From Raillietiella orientalis (Eukaryota), in assembly GCA_036172245.1 (NCBI GenBank), contig JAYWIR010000090.1, forward strand, positions 124,001-188,000: a DNA stretch of 64,000 bases. The letters are read 5' to 3'. A program made the position numbers and the translations under genes. Of the stretch, positions 62,771 to 64,000 are shown piece after piece; position 1 is the stretch's first letter, and every line of letters begins with the position of its first letter. The notes below the pieces were generated by a model. It ran no database searches. It saw nothing but the letters and a program-made list of their open reading frames with translations, and was not told the origin of the DNA.

Positions 62771-64000
62771 AGAGGATGATTACGAAAAGTCCGGAATTTC
62801 ATTAGGGCGTGTCACTTTGGATTCTGTGTTGTTTTCATGGTAAACAGTGTCGTACCTAGAAGAGGAATCTTTTCTTCCGCTCTTATTCATGATGTGGTAG
62901 AAATTTGCAACTTTTCAGGTTTTCTAATCAATTCGAAATCAGAAGATTTCACCATTCCAGGTTTGCTCCTCTTCACGAAGCATCTGTTTGCAGTGAGTGG
63001 CAAATTCGCGTCATGGAGAGGCTCGAGGCCTTCCAAATTCCTGATTTCAGAGGATGATTACGAAAAGTCCGAAATTTCATTAGGCCGTGGCACTTTGTAC
63101 TCTGTGTTGTTTTCATGGTAACCAGTGTCGTGCCTAGAAGAGGAATCTTTTTGTTCGCTCTGATTCATGATGTGGTAGAAATTTGCAACTTTTCAAGTTT
63201 TGTAATCAATTCGAAATCAGGAGATTTAAGCATTGCACTTTTGCGCTTCTTCACGAAGCATCTATTTGAAGTAAGTTGCAAATTCCCGTCATGGAGAGGC
63301 TCAAGACCTTCGTATTTCTTGATTTCAGAGGATGATAAAGAAGAGTTCGAAATTTCATTAGACCGTGGGACTTTGTACTCTGTTTTGTTTTCATGGTAAC
63401 CAGTGTCGTACCTAGGAGAGGAAACCTTTTCTTCGCTCTGATTCATGATGTGGTAGAAATTTGCAGCCTTTCAGGCTTTGTAATCAATTCGAAATCAGGA
63501 GATTTAACCATTGCAATTTTGCGCTTCTTCACGAAGCATCCATTTGCAGTGAGTGGCAAATGCCATTCATGTAAATCCTCTAGGCCTTCCAATTTCCTGA
63601 TTTCAGAGGATGATTATGAAGATTTCGGAATTTCATTAGGGCGTGGTACTTTGGATTCTGTGTTGTTTTCATGGTAACCAGTGTCGTGCCTAGAAGAGGA
63701 ATCTTTTTGTTCGCTCTGATTCATGATGTGGTAGAAATTTGCAACTTTTCAAGTTTTGTAATCAATTCGAAATCAGGAGATTTAAGCATTGTACTTTTGC
63801 GCTTCTTCACGAAGCATCTATCTGCAGTAAGTGGCAAATTCCCGTCATGGAGTGGCTCAAGGCCTTCCAATTTTCTGATTTCAGAGGATGATTACGAAGA
63901 GTCGGAAATTTCATTAGGCCCTGGTACTTTGTACTCTGTGTTGTTTTCATGCTAACCAGTGTCGTACCTAGAAGAGGAATCTTTTTGTTCGCTCTGATTC

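Larger units (their letters stand above)
32281..64000. repeat. 278-bp AT-rich tandem satellite, main subfamily (~114 monomers, continues past the window)
   Basis: catggtaaccagtgtcgtacctagaagagg...gaggatgattaagaagagttcgaaatttc every 278 bp (e.g. 52834/53112, 53668/53946/54224). Confidence 0.97.

Noticed and set aside
28714..64000. Many 60-170 aa ORFs (MVTSVVPRRG..., MNQREGK...)
   Set aside because: Chance frames of the 278-bp monomer; the period is not a multiple of 3 and stops vary between copies
32281..64000. Telomeric TTAGG(G) or CRISPR-like repeats
   Set aside because: TTAGG(G) occurs about once per monomer and never in tandem; there are no unique spacers and no cas genes

Overview
Eukaryotic repeat DNA in two parts; no host genes, RNA genes or CRISPR arrays were seen. 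(1) Bases 1-28.5 kb are six related L1/Tx1-like non-LTR retrotransposons, called A-F here. They have an ORF1 with two CCHC knuckles and an ORF2 with APE endonuclease, RT and a C-terminal CCHC; all copies carry disablements. They are nested in a specific way: elements insert antisense into one 11-bp site, (A/G)GG(A/T)TTCGGCG, lying in the 'LP(P/R)GFGEG' codons of their own ORF2 between endonuclease and RT, and further copies stack head-to-tail at that site. F(-) is interrupted by A/B/C(+), and C is interrupted at the identical position by D/E(-). The elements lack poly(A) tails, end in a structured 3' UTR, couple ORF1 to ORF2 through TAATG/TGATG or an AUG-less TAACA overlap, and carry PxVxL-like motifs in ORF1. 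(2) Bases 28.7-64 kb are an uninterrupted 278-bp satellite array (~127 monomers), with a divergent edge layer and higher-order repeats further in, which suggests a (peri)centromere edge. All alignments were made by eye, and clade and organism are unverified.
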